DNA from: Fibrobacterales bacterium
GTDB taxonomy: Bacteria > Fibrobacterota > Fibrobacteria > Fibrobacterales > JAOPTW01
DNA: 64,000 nt
Direction: 5' to 3'
Assembly (NCBI GenBank): GCA_051532035.1
Contig: JAOPTW010000027.1
Location: 125,906-189,905, forward strand
The notes beneath the pieces were generated by a model. That model had not been told where the DNA came from. It worked only from the letters and a program-made list of their open reading frames with translations, and did no database searches. Both the position numbers and the translations under genes were made by a program. Positions within the stretch are counted from its first letter, which is position 1. Every line of letters begins with the position of its first letter. Below are positions 1-11,700 of the stretch, in pieces.

Positions 1-35
1 GTCCTATTCATTTAAGTAAAGTTCGTTTCGAATAA
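1..35 (+). CDS. possible 3' end of an upstream gene (...PIHLSKVRFE*)
   Basis: Open frame from the window edge to TAA at 33-35, with an intrinsic terminator at 84-111; product cannot be identified. Confidence 0.3.
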   Translation, partial: PIHLSKVRFE

Positions 36-83
36 GTAAAGAACGAAAATAGCTTTATAAGTCAATTCGACCCATATAGACCC

Positions 84-111
84 AAAGTCCCTCTTCTGAG
101 GGGCTTTTTTT
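84..111 (+). terminator. Rho-independent terminator
   Basis: aaagtccctc-ttct-gaggggcttt hairpin followed by a T-tract. Confidence 0.8.
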
Positions 112-231
112 GTCTCTGAGCTCTCGTATCACAGAGAGGCCCCAACCTCAACATTTGTAAACGACACTTTTCTTGTCAAGAACCAATAAGAATCTATATT
201 TATTCGACACCGACACTTTCAGGAATACACA

Positions 232-1353
232 ATGAAACAAGCAATCATCTACTCCCTCTTTTTTTCTGCACTTTCTGCGCTTGTAGGCTGTGGCACGGGT
301 ACTGTTGAAAGTGGCACTATTCTTGGTTTGGAGTCATCCAATACGGCACAGCAACTCTCATCTTCACAAACACAGCTCAGTTCTTCTCAACCCCCAACGA
401 TAACCCCCTCTTCACAAGAGACCACTCCCACCACGTCAAGTAACCAAGACACATCAATCTCTTCGCATGATCAAGCCTCTGTGTCATCCTCCCTTGAAAC
501 CACACCATCTTCTACCATCAACCAATCATCAGCGGGTGCTTCATCAAGTGTACACACCCCCCTTTCGAGCAGCAGCGTGGATGTTCGCTTTGAAGGCTCT
601 GATAGAGTTAACAAATTTATCGATGGGTCTATTGAATATGCATACGGAACAAGGGATACTCCAGACTCAACGAAAACAGTCGACGGAGCTGGTCTGTTAA
701 AAGACAACCACTATTTTGACACTCAGGGTACTCGTATTCGTTGGGAAGAGTATGATCCTACAGGTACCTATTTTTATAGAATTCAGGAGTATACAAATGA
801 TGCTGTCACTAAAATAACACAGTACCTTGGCCCCGATTCTCTTGACTATATTCAAAATAGCGACACCAACGAACAACCAATCGACCTTACGAAATATGAA
901 AATAACAAGAAAAAAACATTACAGTATTACGACTCATTAGGGCAGATTACATCACAGATCCAATTCAATGTACTTGAAGTAAAAAGTACAGAGATCAATT
1001 ACGCAAACGGCGTTAAAAGTGAAAGTATTGCCTATCAAGCTGATGCTATTACCCGAAAAACGTATTCTACTTACGACACTCAGGAAGTTATTACGCAACA
1101 AACTACCTACCAAGCCGATGGCTCCACTCTCAAAACAGTCAGTAATTTTACCCCCAACAGCTCAGTGAAAGGGTATCAAATGACACAACAGTTCAAATAC
1201 AATTCTGATGGTACGATTGATGTTGAATTTTACTTTCATGCAGATGGCTGGGAAGAGAAACAGGTGCAATACAAATATGGCACTAATAAGAAAGTGACAA
1301 TTTTCCTTAATGCTGCTGGTGATACTCTTGGAAGGGAAGAGGTTGGTCTATAA
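232..1353 (+). CDS. lipoprotein with Ser/Thr-rich linker and MORN/YwqK-like beta-hairpin repeats
   Basis: Lipobox LVGC, about 90-aa Ser-rich tract, repeated YQADG/YNSDG/FHADG-type units, AGGA RBS. Confidence 0.7.
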   Translation: MKQAIIYSLFFSALSALVGCGTGTVESGTILGLESSNTAQQLSSSQTQLSSSQPPTITPSSQETTPTTSSNQDTSISSHDQASVSSSLETTPSSTINQSSAGASSSVHTPLSSSSVDVRFEGSDRVNKFIDGSIEYAYGTRDTPDSTKTVDGAGLLKDNHYFDTQGTRIRWEEYDPTGTYFYRIQEYTNDAVTKITQYLGPDSLDYIQNSDTNEQPIDLTKYENNKKKTLQYYDSLGQITSQIQFNVLEVKSTEINYANGVKSESIAYQADAITRKTYSTYDTQEVITQQTTYQADGSTLKTVSNFTPNSSVKGYQMTQQFKYNSDGTIDVEFYFHADGWEEKQVQYKYGTNKKVTIFLNAAGDTLGREEVGL

Positions 1354-1378
1354 AGTATATGCCTCAATGAGGCTATGC

Positions 1379-3664
1379 TTATTGAGGGCGTCCAAAGAAG
1401 TTCACATCAATTAGATCTGCTCTACTAGAACCGTTTACCGCGGTAATACAGACACGATACTTTGTGTAATACCCTGGTTGTGAAAGCACAAAAGAGGTAT
1501 AAGCAGAAGCCTTAGGGTCAGACGAAAACCATTCATCCCCAATAGTAATATCGCTTTGACTATCTAACACATCCCATTTCACATCAGTCATTAAATCATC
1601 GACTACCGCCAGTTCCTCATTACTCCCCTGAAGTTCCCAATTTTTTGGAAGTCTATCTTTTAAGGTATCATACCTACCACGAAATTCATATTTTAAAACT
1701 CTTTGGGGGACAGTAAACACATATTGAATATGAGCGGAACCCGTTACTGGGCGAAATATGTGTGCAGACATCCATTGCGTCCAATTACCCGCACTATCAA
1801 ACAATTGCCAAACAGGATAAGTAATATTAACATTATTTGCCGTTGCCACTGCTGCATCAGGACCAGTTAATATATCCGTTATATTCACTACAGGTTTCTC
1901 CATGAGTTGAATTTCTGTAATATCGACCACTTGAGATCCATTTACCTCTTGGACACAAAGCCTATAGAACAAGTAATCCTTAGGGTCAGCTATCGTAAAA
2001 GCAATGGTATCATAATTTGAAGCTGATTGCCATTCGTGCCCTACTTCAATAGAATCCCGAATATCAAGAGTAGTCCAAGAGCCATGATCTAACACATCAC
2101 CCACACGTACACTTTCATCGTTGCTCGCCTGAAGTATCCATTTTTTGGGAAGCCTATTTCTTAAAGTATCATTGCGACCCATGATTCTGTACTCTTTAAT
2201 TCGTTTTGATTCATTAAAGTGATACATAATATTTGCCGTTGAACCCACCGTGTCAAATGCATTTGTTGAAACCCATGCCTTATCCATATCAAAGTCTCTG
2301 TCAAAAGCCAGCCAGCCAGGATATGACGCATTATATATTGAAGTTGTCGTAACTTCTATTGTTCCCTCTCCTTTAGCTGTGACCATAGAATCAGTTGCAA
2401 CAACAAGTGAAGTATCTATTATAGAAGGAAGAGGATTTCTCACCACCGGTTCAGACGATGATGATACAATCACTGACGAAGAGGATGGCTCTTTCACAGA
2501 GGAAGAAGACTCAACTACCGATGACGAAGACTCAATCTGCGAAGAAGAAACTACCATATCAGGCCCGGAAGAACTTGAAGAAAGCTCAATCTCACTAGAC
2601 AAGAGAGAGTCACTAATCACTGTATCGTCTAATGCAGTATCAACGATTGTGGAATCAATTGCCGCAGAAGACAAAGCAGAACTTGATAGTATCGCCGAAG
2701 AACTTTCAAATAGTGAGTCAACCACTGTATCTGTAGCTACACTACTCAATACCACTGAGTCTGATGAAGAAACGACAACCTCAGCTGATGAAAAGCTCAG
2801 CACTACCTCGTCATAACTCGACAGCCCAATTGCTACAGGGTCGGGACGCGCAATACACACGTTATTCGTCCAATCAAACATCTGAGTCGTGGTACATTCA
2901 CGAGCTCGGTCCAGAAACTCCACACACTTGAGGGTATCGCCCATTGGGCATCCATACGAATAGGCTTCAATAATTTTAATGGAGACCGTATCAATCATCT
3001 CTTTTGCCGGGTCTACAATAAGCTCCTCTACAGTAAACTCTTCAGGTAGGCCAGTGCCCCCTATAGTCGTAAACGTAAAGATGATATCATATTCACCTTC
3101 TGGCATATTTGGAATAACAACCGATCCATCTGCATCTCTGACATAGCTCACCGGTTTGCCCGCTACAGTTACTGCAACTGAAACTGTTGAGTCTTCGGTA
3201 ACCTGAAATACAACATCTTTTGCCGGCTTAAGTGAAACGGCACTATCAGAGTCACTTTTATGAGAAACAGAGTCTACCCAGATCGAGAAGGCATCAAAAC
3301 CAGAAGCCCACTCCGCAATCATAAAATAGTGCTCATTGGTATCTACTTCAATCTCAACTTTACCTTTTTTATTAGTATGCCCAAAGCCTGCCCAATTATC
3401 GGCAACAAGGTCTGAAACAGAGCCCTTTGCAGCAAAAGCAGATGCCGCTTCTTGTGGATCATATTGATACAGCGTAACCGTTGCTCCAGATAAGGTATCT
3501 CCATTGGGACCCGTGATCGTTGCCGTAATAACATTATCCGTTCCTACAGTTGAACTAATATCATCAACACCACGAGCACAACTTATAATAGCGACAACAA
3601 AACATGCCCCAAAAAGTAGTGTGAAAAGATTTCTCAAAAAATGACTACCCATCTGTGTCCTCAT
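1379..3664 (-). CDS. lipoprotein with carboxypeptidase-regulatory-like domain, Ser-rich linker and two discoidin/F5-8C (CBM32-like) domains
   Basis: Lipobox IISC, long poly-Ser linker, two internally similar domains (GRNDTLRNRLPKKWILQASN / GRYDTLKDRLPKNWELQGSN). Start moved to ATG 3664 behind AAGGA; ORF track start is 3688. Confidence 0.7.
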   Translation of the reverse strand: MRTQMGSHFLRNLFTLLFGACFVVAIISCARGVDDISSTVGTDNVITATITGPNGDTLSGATVTLYQYDPQEAASAFAAKGSVSDLVADNWAGFGHTNKKGKVEIEVDTNEHYFMIAEWASGFDAFSIWVDSVSHKSDSDSAVSLKPAKDVVFQVTEDSTVSVAVTVAGKPVSYVRDADGSVVIPNMPEGEYDIIFTFTTIGGTGLPEEFTVEELIVDPAKEMIDTVSIKIIEAYSYGCPMGDTLKCVEFLDRARECTTTQMFDWTNNVCIARPDPVAIGLSSYDEVVLSFSSAEVVVSSSDSVVLSSVATDTVVDSLFESSSAILSSSALSSAAIDSTIVDTALDDTVISDSLLSSEIELSSSSSGPDMVVSSSQIESSSSVVESSSSVKEPSSSSVIVSSSSEPVVRNPLPSIIDTSLVVATDSMVTAKGEGTIEVTTTSIYNASYPGWLAFDRDFDMDKAWVSTNAFDTVGSTANIMYHFNESKRIKEYRIMGRNDTLRNRLPKKWILQASNDESVRVGDVLDHGSWTTLDIRDSIEVGHEWQSASNYDTIAFTIADPKDYLFYRLCVQEVNGSQVVDITEIQLMEKPVVNITDILTGPDAAVATANNVNITYPVWQLFDSAGNWTQWMSAHIFRPVTGSAHIQYVFTVPQRVLKYEFRGRYDTLKDRLPKNWELQGSNEELAVVDDLMTDVKWDVLDSQSDITIGDEWFSSDPKASAYTSFVLSQPGYYTKYRVCITAVNGSSRADLIDVNFFGRPQ

Positions 3665-4508
3665 GCGTTCCTTTTTCATTTTTATCACTCATAGGAAAAA
3701 ACTGGATATTGAGCTGGAACACCCGATCTTTATTCCGAACCTCAGCTTCTTCGTGTACAATATTAATAATCTCTTCCTGAACTACCATTATTTTCTTCTT
3801 TATTCTCATCAAAGCATGGTCAGTGGCAGCCACAGTTTGAGTAATTATATGGCGTTCCTCGCGAGGCACATTTTTAAGCGCTTCCTTTCCCTGATCCATC
3901 ATAAGCCCTTGATAATCATGAATAGCCTGAACACCCACCTCAGCTGCCCCCATCATAGATATATCTGATGGGCGCCAAAAGCCTTGTGCATCCTCAATAA
4001 TGAGTTCTAACTTTTTAAGAAGGGTAATGGATGCTCGAGCCTCGGCCGACCGAATAGGTGGATTGACAAAACGAGCCAACTCTTTTATATCGTCCTTAAA
4101 GTCCAAGACCGAAAGGGCCTGATGCACTGCAATATGATGCCATTTACTAAAAAACTTCATCTGATCTTTTTTAAGCTGCTTGGTACCTGCCGGCTGTAGC
4201 TGCATCATTTTTTTAAAAATCAACTCTCGCTCGCTGGAGTCTGTTTCGTGGGTGTAAGCCACAATAAGTTCAAAATAGTTTGACTGTGAGACACTCAGCT
4301 TAAGTGCTTTTACAAATTTTGGGATATAATTAGGCGTTAAGTTATTAACCCCTTCGACAATATTCTTGTAGAGCCCCGAGGAGTTATACCCTGCAATACG
4401 TGCAAAAAAACGATACGAAAACTTCGAATCCACTTTTTTACGCTCACTATAATAGTCACGTAAATAGTGACGATAATTATAGTAGTTAAATATATCGGGT
4501 AACTTCAT
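3645..4508 (-). CDS. TIGR02147 family protein (N-terminal HTH-like region plus DUF4423)
   Basis: Characteristic IFNYYNYRHYLRDYY...KFSYRFFARIAG start, FFSKWHHIAV, C-terminal VFQLNIQFFP; overlaps the downstream lipoprotein gene. Confidence 0.85.
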   Translation of the reverse strand: MKLPDIFNYYNYRHYLRDYYSERKKVDSKFSYRFFARIAGYNSSGLYKNIVEGVNNLTPNYIPKFVKALKLSVSQSNYFELIVAYTHETDSSERELIFKKMMQLQPAGTKQLKKDQMKFFSKWHHIAVHQALSVLDFKDDIKELARFVNPPIRSAEARASITLLKKLELIIEDAQGFWRPSDISMMGAAEVGVQAIHDYQGLMMDQGKEALKNVPREERHIITQTVAATDHALMRIKKKIMVVQEEIINIVHEEAEVRNKDRVFQLNIQFFPMSDKNEKGTHEDTDG

Positions 4509-4801
4509 CCCAGCCCTACCTTTGTCTCAGTCAATAGTTACGCCATTGACTCCACCTCGACATTTTCTGCTCTTACAAACAGTGCGAAAATACTTCAAAG
4601 CATTCCCCACATGTCGAACAGCAGTTGAGATTACAGTCTATGAAGAACACTCATGACAAAAAACACCACGACAGTCTTCATAGGCCAAACCAACCACTGT
4701 TTAAATAATTTTAGAAAATTTTAACCGATCGTCACTCGACTACCACTATTTTGTGTGTAAAAACACCTAATACCTGTTTAAATGAGTGTTTAATCTGGCA
4801 T

Positions 4802-4826
4802 AAAGACCTAATAAAAGGTCTTTTTT
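4802..4826. terminator. intrinsic terminator, likely bidirectional, downstream of rsmA
   Basis: aaagacct-aataaa-aggtcttt hairpin with flanking A/T runs. Confidence 0.6.
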
Positions 4827-4870
4827 ACAGAAGCAGCATTAAGTACGTTTAAGCAATTATATGGATTATG

Positions 4871-5668
4871 TTATTTTCTATTGAGACTTTTAGGATGAAT
4901 TTGATCGAAAAGCGCCCAAAAGGTATCAACCCCGACGGCTTCTGCGCGTATCGCCTCTTCAAGACCCACTGTCTTGAGCCCCTCTTTTATGAGATCCTTA
5001 GGGTAGAGCGAACTCAAGCTATTGTAGAGAGTTTTTCTTTTTTGAGCAAAACACTGCTTGGCAAACGCCATAAATTCTGGAGTCAATTCACGACAGTTTT
5101 CTTTATGGGTAATCATCATCGTCGCCGACATAACATTTGGCCGCGGTGTAAAATTTTCTGGACCAATCTTGCGAAGAACACGAGCATCAGCATACGAGTT
5201 AACAAGCACTGTAAGAAACCCATAGTCTCTACAACCCGGATCTGCACAAACACGCTTTGCAACTTCATACTGCACCATCGCCATGATGCCACTACTTTTT
5301 GAGAGATGCGGAAGCATTGAAGTGAGAATAGGAGTCGCCATATTATAGGGAAGATTCCCAACAATAGTCGCCCCAGGGTTTTCTTCAAGGTAACCCGCAA
5401 GGTCAAAGTCGAGAAAATTCTTATTAATCACCGTAAGAAACCGGTGTTTCAGCTTCACATTAAGATACTGCACGCACTTCTCATCGATCTCAACAGCAGT
5501 AACATGCCCCGCCTTGTTAAGCATCTTATGAGTGAGCGCACCATGGCCCGGACCAACCTCCAATACCGCATCATCACGAGTGAGTTCAACGTCATCAGCA
5601 ATTGCCTGAATAATAGCATCGTTATTTAAAAAATTTTGTCCGAACTTTCTTCTTCTATTTCTATCCAT
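4871..5668 (-). CDS. rsmA: 16S rRNA m6,2A1518/1519 dimethyltransferase
   Basis: KFGQNFL, VLEVGPGHGALT, VEID, VGNLPYN, QYEVAKR motifs. Confidence 0.95.
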   Translation of the reverse strand: MDRNRRRKFGQNFLNNDAIIQAIADDVELTRDDAVLEVGPGHGALTHKMLNKAGHVTAVEIDEKCVQYLNVKLKHRFLTVINKNFLDFDLAGYLEENPGATIVGNLPYNMATPILTSMLPHLSKSSGIMAMVQYEVAKRVCADPGCRDYGFLTVLVNSYADARVLRKIGPENFTPRPNVMSATMMITHKENCRELTPEFMAFAKQCFAQKRKTLYNSLSSLYPKDLIKEGLKTVGLEEAIRAEAVGVDTFWALFDQIHPKSLNRK

Positions 5669-5797
5669 TGTGACTCTCAACTCTTCTCTTTTTTATGCAT
5701 GACCTGTGCTGAATATTTTTAGTCTATCAGGAAATATAAGTACGTTTTAAATCCTTAATTTTTGTAGATTTAAGCACTGTACGGCCCATAGTATTGT

Positions 5798-8700
5798 GTG
5801 CCGGTTTTTAATGTATTAACTGTGATTACCCGGATACTGATGCAGCTTAAACAGTTCAGCGTTATTGGCTTCAAATCTACATTATTATGGCTCATAATTG
5901 GGTGCTTTTTCATAGGCACGGTAATGGGCTCTACCAGTCAGATTGAATACCTCAAAACTCCAGAACGGGTCAAACCACTCCAAAATATCCTCCCCAAAAA
6001 GGGCATTTTAACCCACCCTCAGTGGGGCTATCTCAAATTCCCAGCCAAAAACCTCTCGATAGATCATACGGTAAACTTTGAGAAACGGGAAATGGTTATT
6101 ACCGCATCCTTCAATAACAGCAGAAACAAGCAGAAAACCCCACTCTGGAAGAGCTATTATCGCGAACTTGCCAATTACACCTTCGAGATGAATGACCTTA
6201 TTTTAAAGAAAATATGGCTTGAATCCCTAATTGGTCAAGAAAACCCAAGTTCAGTGGGCCAAGGCGACAATCATTTCGAACTCGAGATTCCCATAAAAAT
6301 GCCCCAGTGGCTCAAAGATGTGGGGATTCCAAAGCCGACAATCGACATTACCGGTGACCTCAATATTCAACTGAAAGGTGTGGGCAAAAAAAATACACGA
6401 GACCCCCTTCACAACTCCCTCTGGCCCAACTTTGACCCCAAATTTACACCAAACTTTTCAGTAAAAGGATCGATCGGTAAAAACCTCTCTATTCAGATCA
6501 ACAACCAAGAAGGGTTTCAAATTGCCGATCAACTTAAGATTGTCTATCAGGAGTCTGAGCCCAACGAGTTTGAAGACAACATTATTCAGCGTATTGAAGC
6601 CGGAAACACTTCTCTCTCTCTCGAAGGAACACGCCTCACTGGGTACTCCGAAAACCATCAGGGCCTCTTTGGTATTAAAGGCGAATTTAAATTTGGTGAC
6701 CTTTATCTCACGGCAATTGCATCACAAGAAGGAGGCTCTTCTCATAAGCAATCCCTCAATTCAGAATACACCGACAGTGAATTCAAAATACAAGAAAGTG
6801 AATTTGTTGATGGGAAGCACTTCTTCCTCTCTATGGACGACCGCACTGAATACGTAACAAAAAGAGTCCTTGGCCAACAATTAAGTCTTAAAACCAAACG
6901 CAACCTTACCATCTATGTTTCGGTGCCACGCGAAAACAAGAGTGATGGCAGAAGCTACTACAAAAACCTCACCGGATACTTTGCCCATAACTTACAAGAC
7001 ACAAAAAACAAATACATAATGAAAGAGCTCAAAAAAGATGAGTTCACCTATGATTCAAAAACCGGTATACTCTCACTGACTCGCCCCTATAGAAGCAGTC
7101 GTATTGGTGCATGGTGGGAAGACCTCTCTGTGAGCGACAAAAAACTCACCCGCCCGATTGGCGGTAACGAAGGGGAAGGCAGTACCGGTGTAATCATTTT
7201 TAAATCAACAACCTTGATCCCCGACCTTAATCTCTTAATGCTGCGCAACCGCTATGCTGTTGGCTATACCGGCGAGAGTAAAAATGATTTTCAACTGGAA
7301 CTCATTAAAAGTAGTGACCAATCACCAACCAATCTCGCTGCCCTTCTTAAAGACACCCTTGGAGTAACCCTCCCCAAAGAAAATGAAAAAGATTTTAATG
7401 GACAGACCGGCGAGTTAATCCTCCCGTGTAAAGTTGCCCCTCCAACTGCTCAGAGCAACAGCGACTCACTCGCCTTTTACCAAAAGGCTTGTCTCGAACC
7501 TATGCGTCATATCATCCCCGAAAGCTCTGCAAACCAACTCTACACCAATAGTTCGACACTCCTCAAAAAATTTGAATCGTATTACTCTTTTAAAGTAAAA
7601 GGGAAACGAAAAAATACTCAGATCAATCTCAACAGTGGTACCCATTCACTTAATTCAGGTGGCTGTATGGATATCGCAGAGGGCTCTGAGCGACTCACCA
7701 TAAAGGGTGCGGGCACAGTGCTTCAGCGCGGTAAAGATTATGACGTACTCTATGAACTCGGACAAATTAACCTAACCTCTGATAGGGCCCGTGACCCCAA
7801 CACCGAAATTGAAGTAGAGTACGAATGTCAGCCTCTCTTTCAAATTGAGAACAAATTTTTACTGGGCCTCCGCGCCAAATACCCCTTAGAATCTTTTGGC
7901 AACGGCTCACTTCTTGGCGCTACGGTACTCTATAAAGGGCAATCCCTTAAGGCACGCCGCCCTCAGTACGATCAGACTCCCTACTCTTCATTTCTCTGGG
8001 GCTCAAATCTACTACTCAAAGACAGCTCACATATCATGTCGAAAGCAATCAACGTCCTTCCCTTTATCAAAACGAAATCACCTTCACGTTGGACTCTCGA
8101 AATGGAGATAGCGCAATCGTATCACAACCCCAACACTTCAGGCGACGCCCTAGTTGAGGATTTTGAAGGCTCTTCTCGCACCATACCCTACAGTATGTAT
8201 CGCTCGTCATGGCATAGAGCGTCACCGCCCCTTAGTAACGACCCACTCAACCCTCTCGATTATCGCTACCAAGCACGAGAGTTTATCTGGCATTCAAATC
8301 ACGAGAAGCGACGAGGCGACATCTTTTCATCAATCAAAGAGAAGTATGATCAAAATACTCGCATACCTATTTTAGAACTGAAGATTAAGCCTATTAACCG
8401 CGAAGGCAAGAACTGGGGAGCTATCATGCGGGCAAACTCAGACTATGCAAGTGACCTGAGTGACGAATATGAATACATTGAGATTGTTGCAAATGGTAGT
8501 AGTGGACAGCTCCTGATAGACTTTGGCCAAATCTCGGAAGATCTCTCAATTAACGGTTATGAGCCAAACCAAGAGCTCAATTCAGAGCAGACGGAAGGGA
8601 ATATTAGCCCCGATCACGATGATGGTCTTGACGGACTCCCCGATGAACTAGAAAAACGTAAAGAGTGGCTCTGTTACAGTACGTGCAACAACTCTAATAC

Positions 8701-11700
8701 CATAACATGGGACGCTAAAACCAACCCCGACCCTGCACTCGATAACTGGAGTGAACAAGAGTATGCCTCTGACCCAACCTATCAGATTAACGGTACACAA
8801 AACAACGCTGCACGAACCGTCTACGACACAGAAGATATTAGTAGAGATGGGCTCCTGCAAACAACCAATGCCTTTGTCCGCTATACCATCGACTTTTCTG
8901 ATGACATGGTCAATGCCGACAATGGAGTCCAAGTCATTGAGCAACAAGGAAGTGGTCAAAACTTCTGGAAAATTTACCGCATCAATCTTAAAAAGTACAG
9001 CGATGTCTACCCCATGGGCGCCAATCTTACCCAGATACTCCAAAATGCTAAATTTACTCGATTGACCCTTACGGGAACCTCCAGTGAAACAGAAGTGAGG
9101 CTTGCCCGCTTTAATATTGTCGGAAGTCAGTGGGAGACTGATTTTTTAACCGACATAGCTACTGGCGATACGATCAAAACCCTCCAAGAGAACTTCACCT
9201 CAAATGGTTCCGCCACTACAACTTCCTTCGCCTCTGAAACAGAAGAGAGTGGCGGTCGTGTTTTTGTTGACGTTATCGACAATAAAGATGATAATGACAT
9301 CTACTTCCCTTCTAACAATACTGTTACTGAAATTGAAGATGATGATACTGGTGCCAAAAGAAGAGAACAAGCACTGATTATTAACTACTCTGCTATTGAA
9401 CCTGGCCAGCAGGCATTTATCACCCGTAAATTTGAATCTCAACAATTTGACCTTACTAATTATAAAAGCCTGAAGATGGAGATCCACCATGTCGACTCAA
9501 CACTTGGTGCCTTTAACGACCCCGGGGTGCGCTTTGCCATACAGATCGGCTCTGACCCGACCAATAAAGACTCGTATTATGAATGGTCATTCAGGCCTAC
9601 CCCACAAAGCTGTAGCTCGGATAAAGCCTGCCATAGTAGCAACTGGGATGACAATGCTTTCGCCTTAGCATTAAATCAATGGCCCAAACTTAAGAACCAC
9701 CCTGATTGGTCTCCCGTTATAGACACCTCTATTCGGTACATTTTGCAAGATGGATCATATCAAGCTGCTGACCTAAATTATAAACGACAACTCAAAATAT
9801 TGCACGACGCTATTGAGTCGTCGGAAGAAACTACTGAACGAGCAGAGATGATTACCCTTCGTGGTAACCCATCAATCAGTAACATTAGTTGGATGCGTAT
9901 CGTTATTATGGTAGATGATGAAGAGCTCTCCGACGACCCTCGAACCGTATCCGGTGAGTTTTGGATCAATGACCTCAGGCTCGATGGCATTCGTGATGGC
10001 TGGGGAACCTCAGCGCGATCTCGTATTCAACTTGAATTTGGCGATGTCCTTACTCTCAGTACCGATGTTACCTATCAAAATGGTAACTTTGCCCCGCTTC
10101 AGTCCAACTCTGGTTCAGCTAAAAAATCACCCGCCCAGTCATCATCCTTAATGCAATACAACGCAAGTGCCCAGTTTCACCTCAACAAGTTTTTAAAGGA
10201 TGAGTGGAAATTTAGAATCCCCTTTATGATCTCGACCAGTATGAATGTGACCCGGCCCTTTACTCAGCCAAATTCTGATATACTACTCTCAAACGATGAT
10301 TTTCTTGGTCTCTCAAAAGACTTCTATGATCACATAACGAATCAAGAGAATATCTACACCGAAGATCAACAAGACACGAACTATGCTGGCCCTAATATTG
10401 GCGATGAAGAGGACTTGAGGTCAGAGAGTCAGAGTGAAGGATTCCAGACGGTACAGTTAAGAAAACAACTCAGTGTCAGTTTTGCGAAAGAGTATGTACG
10501 CCATAAATCACTCCCTGTAGAGCTCCTCTCTCAAGCATTCCTTGAGCGACCAACACTCTCGTATAAGTACGTTGAATCAGAGAACTTTTCACCAACCTCA
10601 ATTGATACCAGCTACACCTATAGCACCTCTGCAAAGTATAAGTTTGGCCAGCTTAAAGCGAGCAAATTCCGCCCCTTCTCTCGCTTCAAAAAGTCTAAAA
10701 ATTCATGGATAAAATCATTCTCCAAAACCTCATTTTCTCCCTGGCCCGAAACCTTTGATGTTACTCTTGCTGATTTCTCATTTAATAAACGCCTCACCAA
10801 CAACCGTTCTGTCGATTCTCCCAGCTTTACTCATAGAGAGACCGACTACGGGCTTGACCTCAAGCACTCAATAAACATGCGCTGGAAAATGTTTAACTTT
10901 TTAACCGCATCCTACGATCTCACCATTAACCGTGACTTTAACGATTTTCACGCCGACTTTGCCAAAGAGGCACTCTTTGATAGTGAACGGGGTGGCGGAC
11001 TCTTTGGTATTGGCCGTATCACCAGTCTTGACACTAATGAGCACGCACGACGCTTTTTACTAAAAGATAGCTTAGGTGATTATGAAGACATTACCTACCA
11101 CGATGAACGACTTTCTCGATTTAATAACTTTGACACCGTCCTCATTGATCCTGCTCTTATTGATGGGTCTGATTATGGGATTTTGCTCAATGAGTTTAAA
11201 CGGTCACAAAACATGAAGCTCAACTACAGCCCTCAATTTGTTGATTTTGTAACAACGCGTTTTATCCTTCAGTCTCAATTTAATCATAACCGCAACAATT
11301 CCAACTTTATGGATGACACAACCGACACCTATTGGAGCCTTAACCAAACCAATAGTTTTCAGGCGACTGCCACACTGAAACTCCAAAAACTCTTTGACTT
11401 TAGTGCAACCAAAAGTGTTTCTAAGTTCTTGAAAAAAATGAAGTGGTCAAGTTTACGCAGTACCTGGAAGGTGAACCTCAACACATCGGGAGAAGAGTAT
11501 ACTTTTGCAGATTTAGAACGCCAAGGCGTTTCGGCAGGGGATTACTATAAATACTCTTTTGGACTTGCCGATGGCGGAGGCTGGCGACATCCTGGTAATA
11601 TTATCACTGGAGACATGGGGAAAGAGAGTTGTGAAGAGTACAGTACTTTTGCAAACTACTGTAACAAAGAGCTCTTTTATCTACAAAACCCTTCTGACTC

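Noticed and set aside
232..1353. Possible RHS/YD toxin or toxin-antitoxin gene
   Set aside because: No RHS core motif, toxin tip or adjacent partner; better described as a repeat lipoprotein
2250..2816. 188-aa acidic plus-strand ORF
   Set aside because: Antisense shadow of the Ser-rich linker of the minus-strand lipoprotein; low-complexity codons avoid stops
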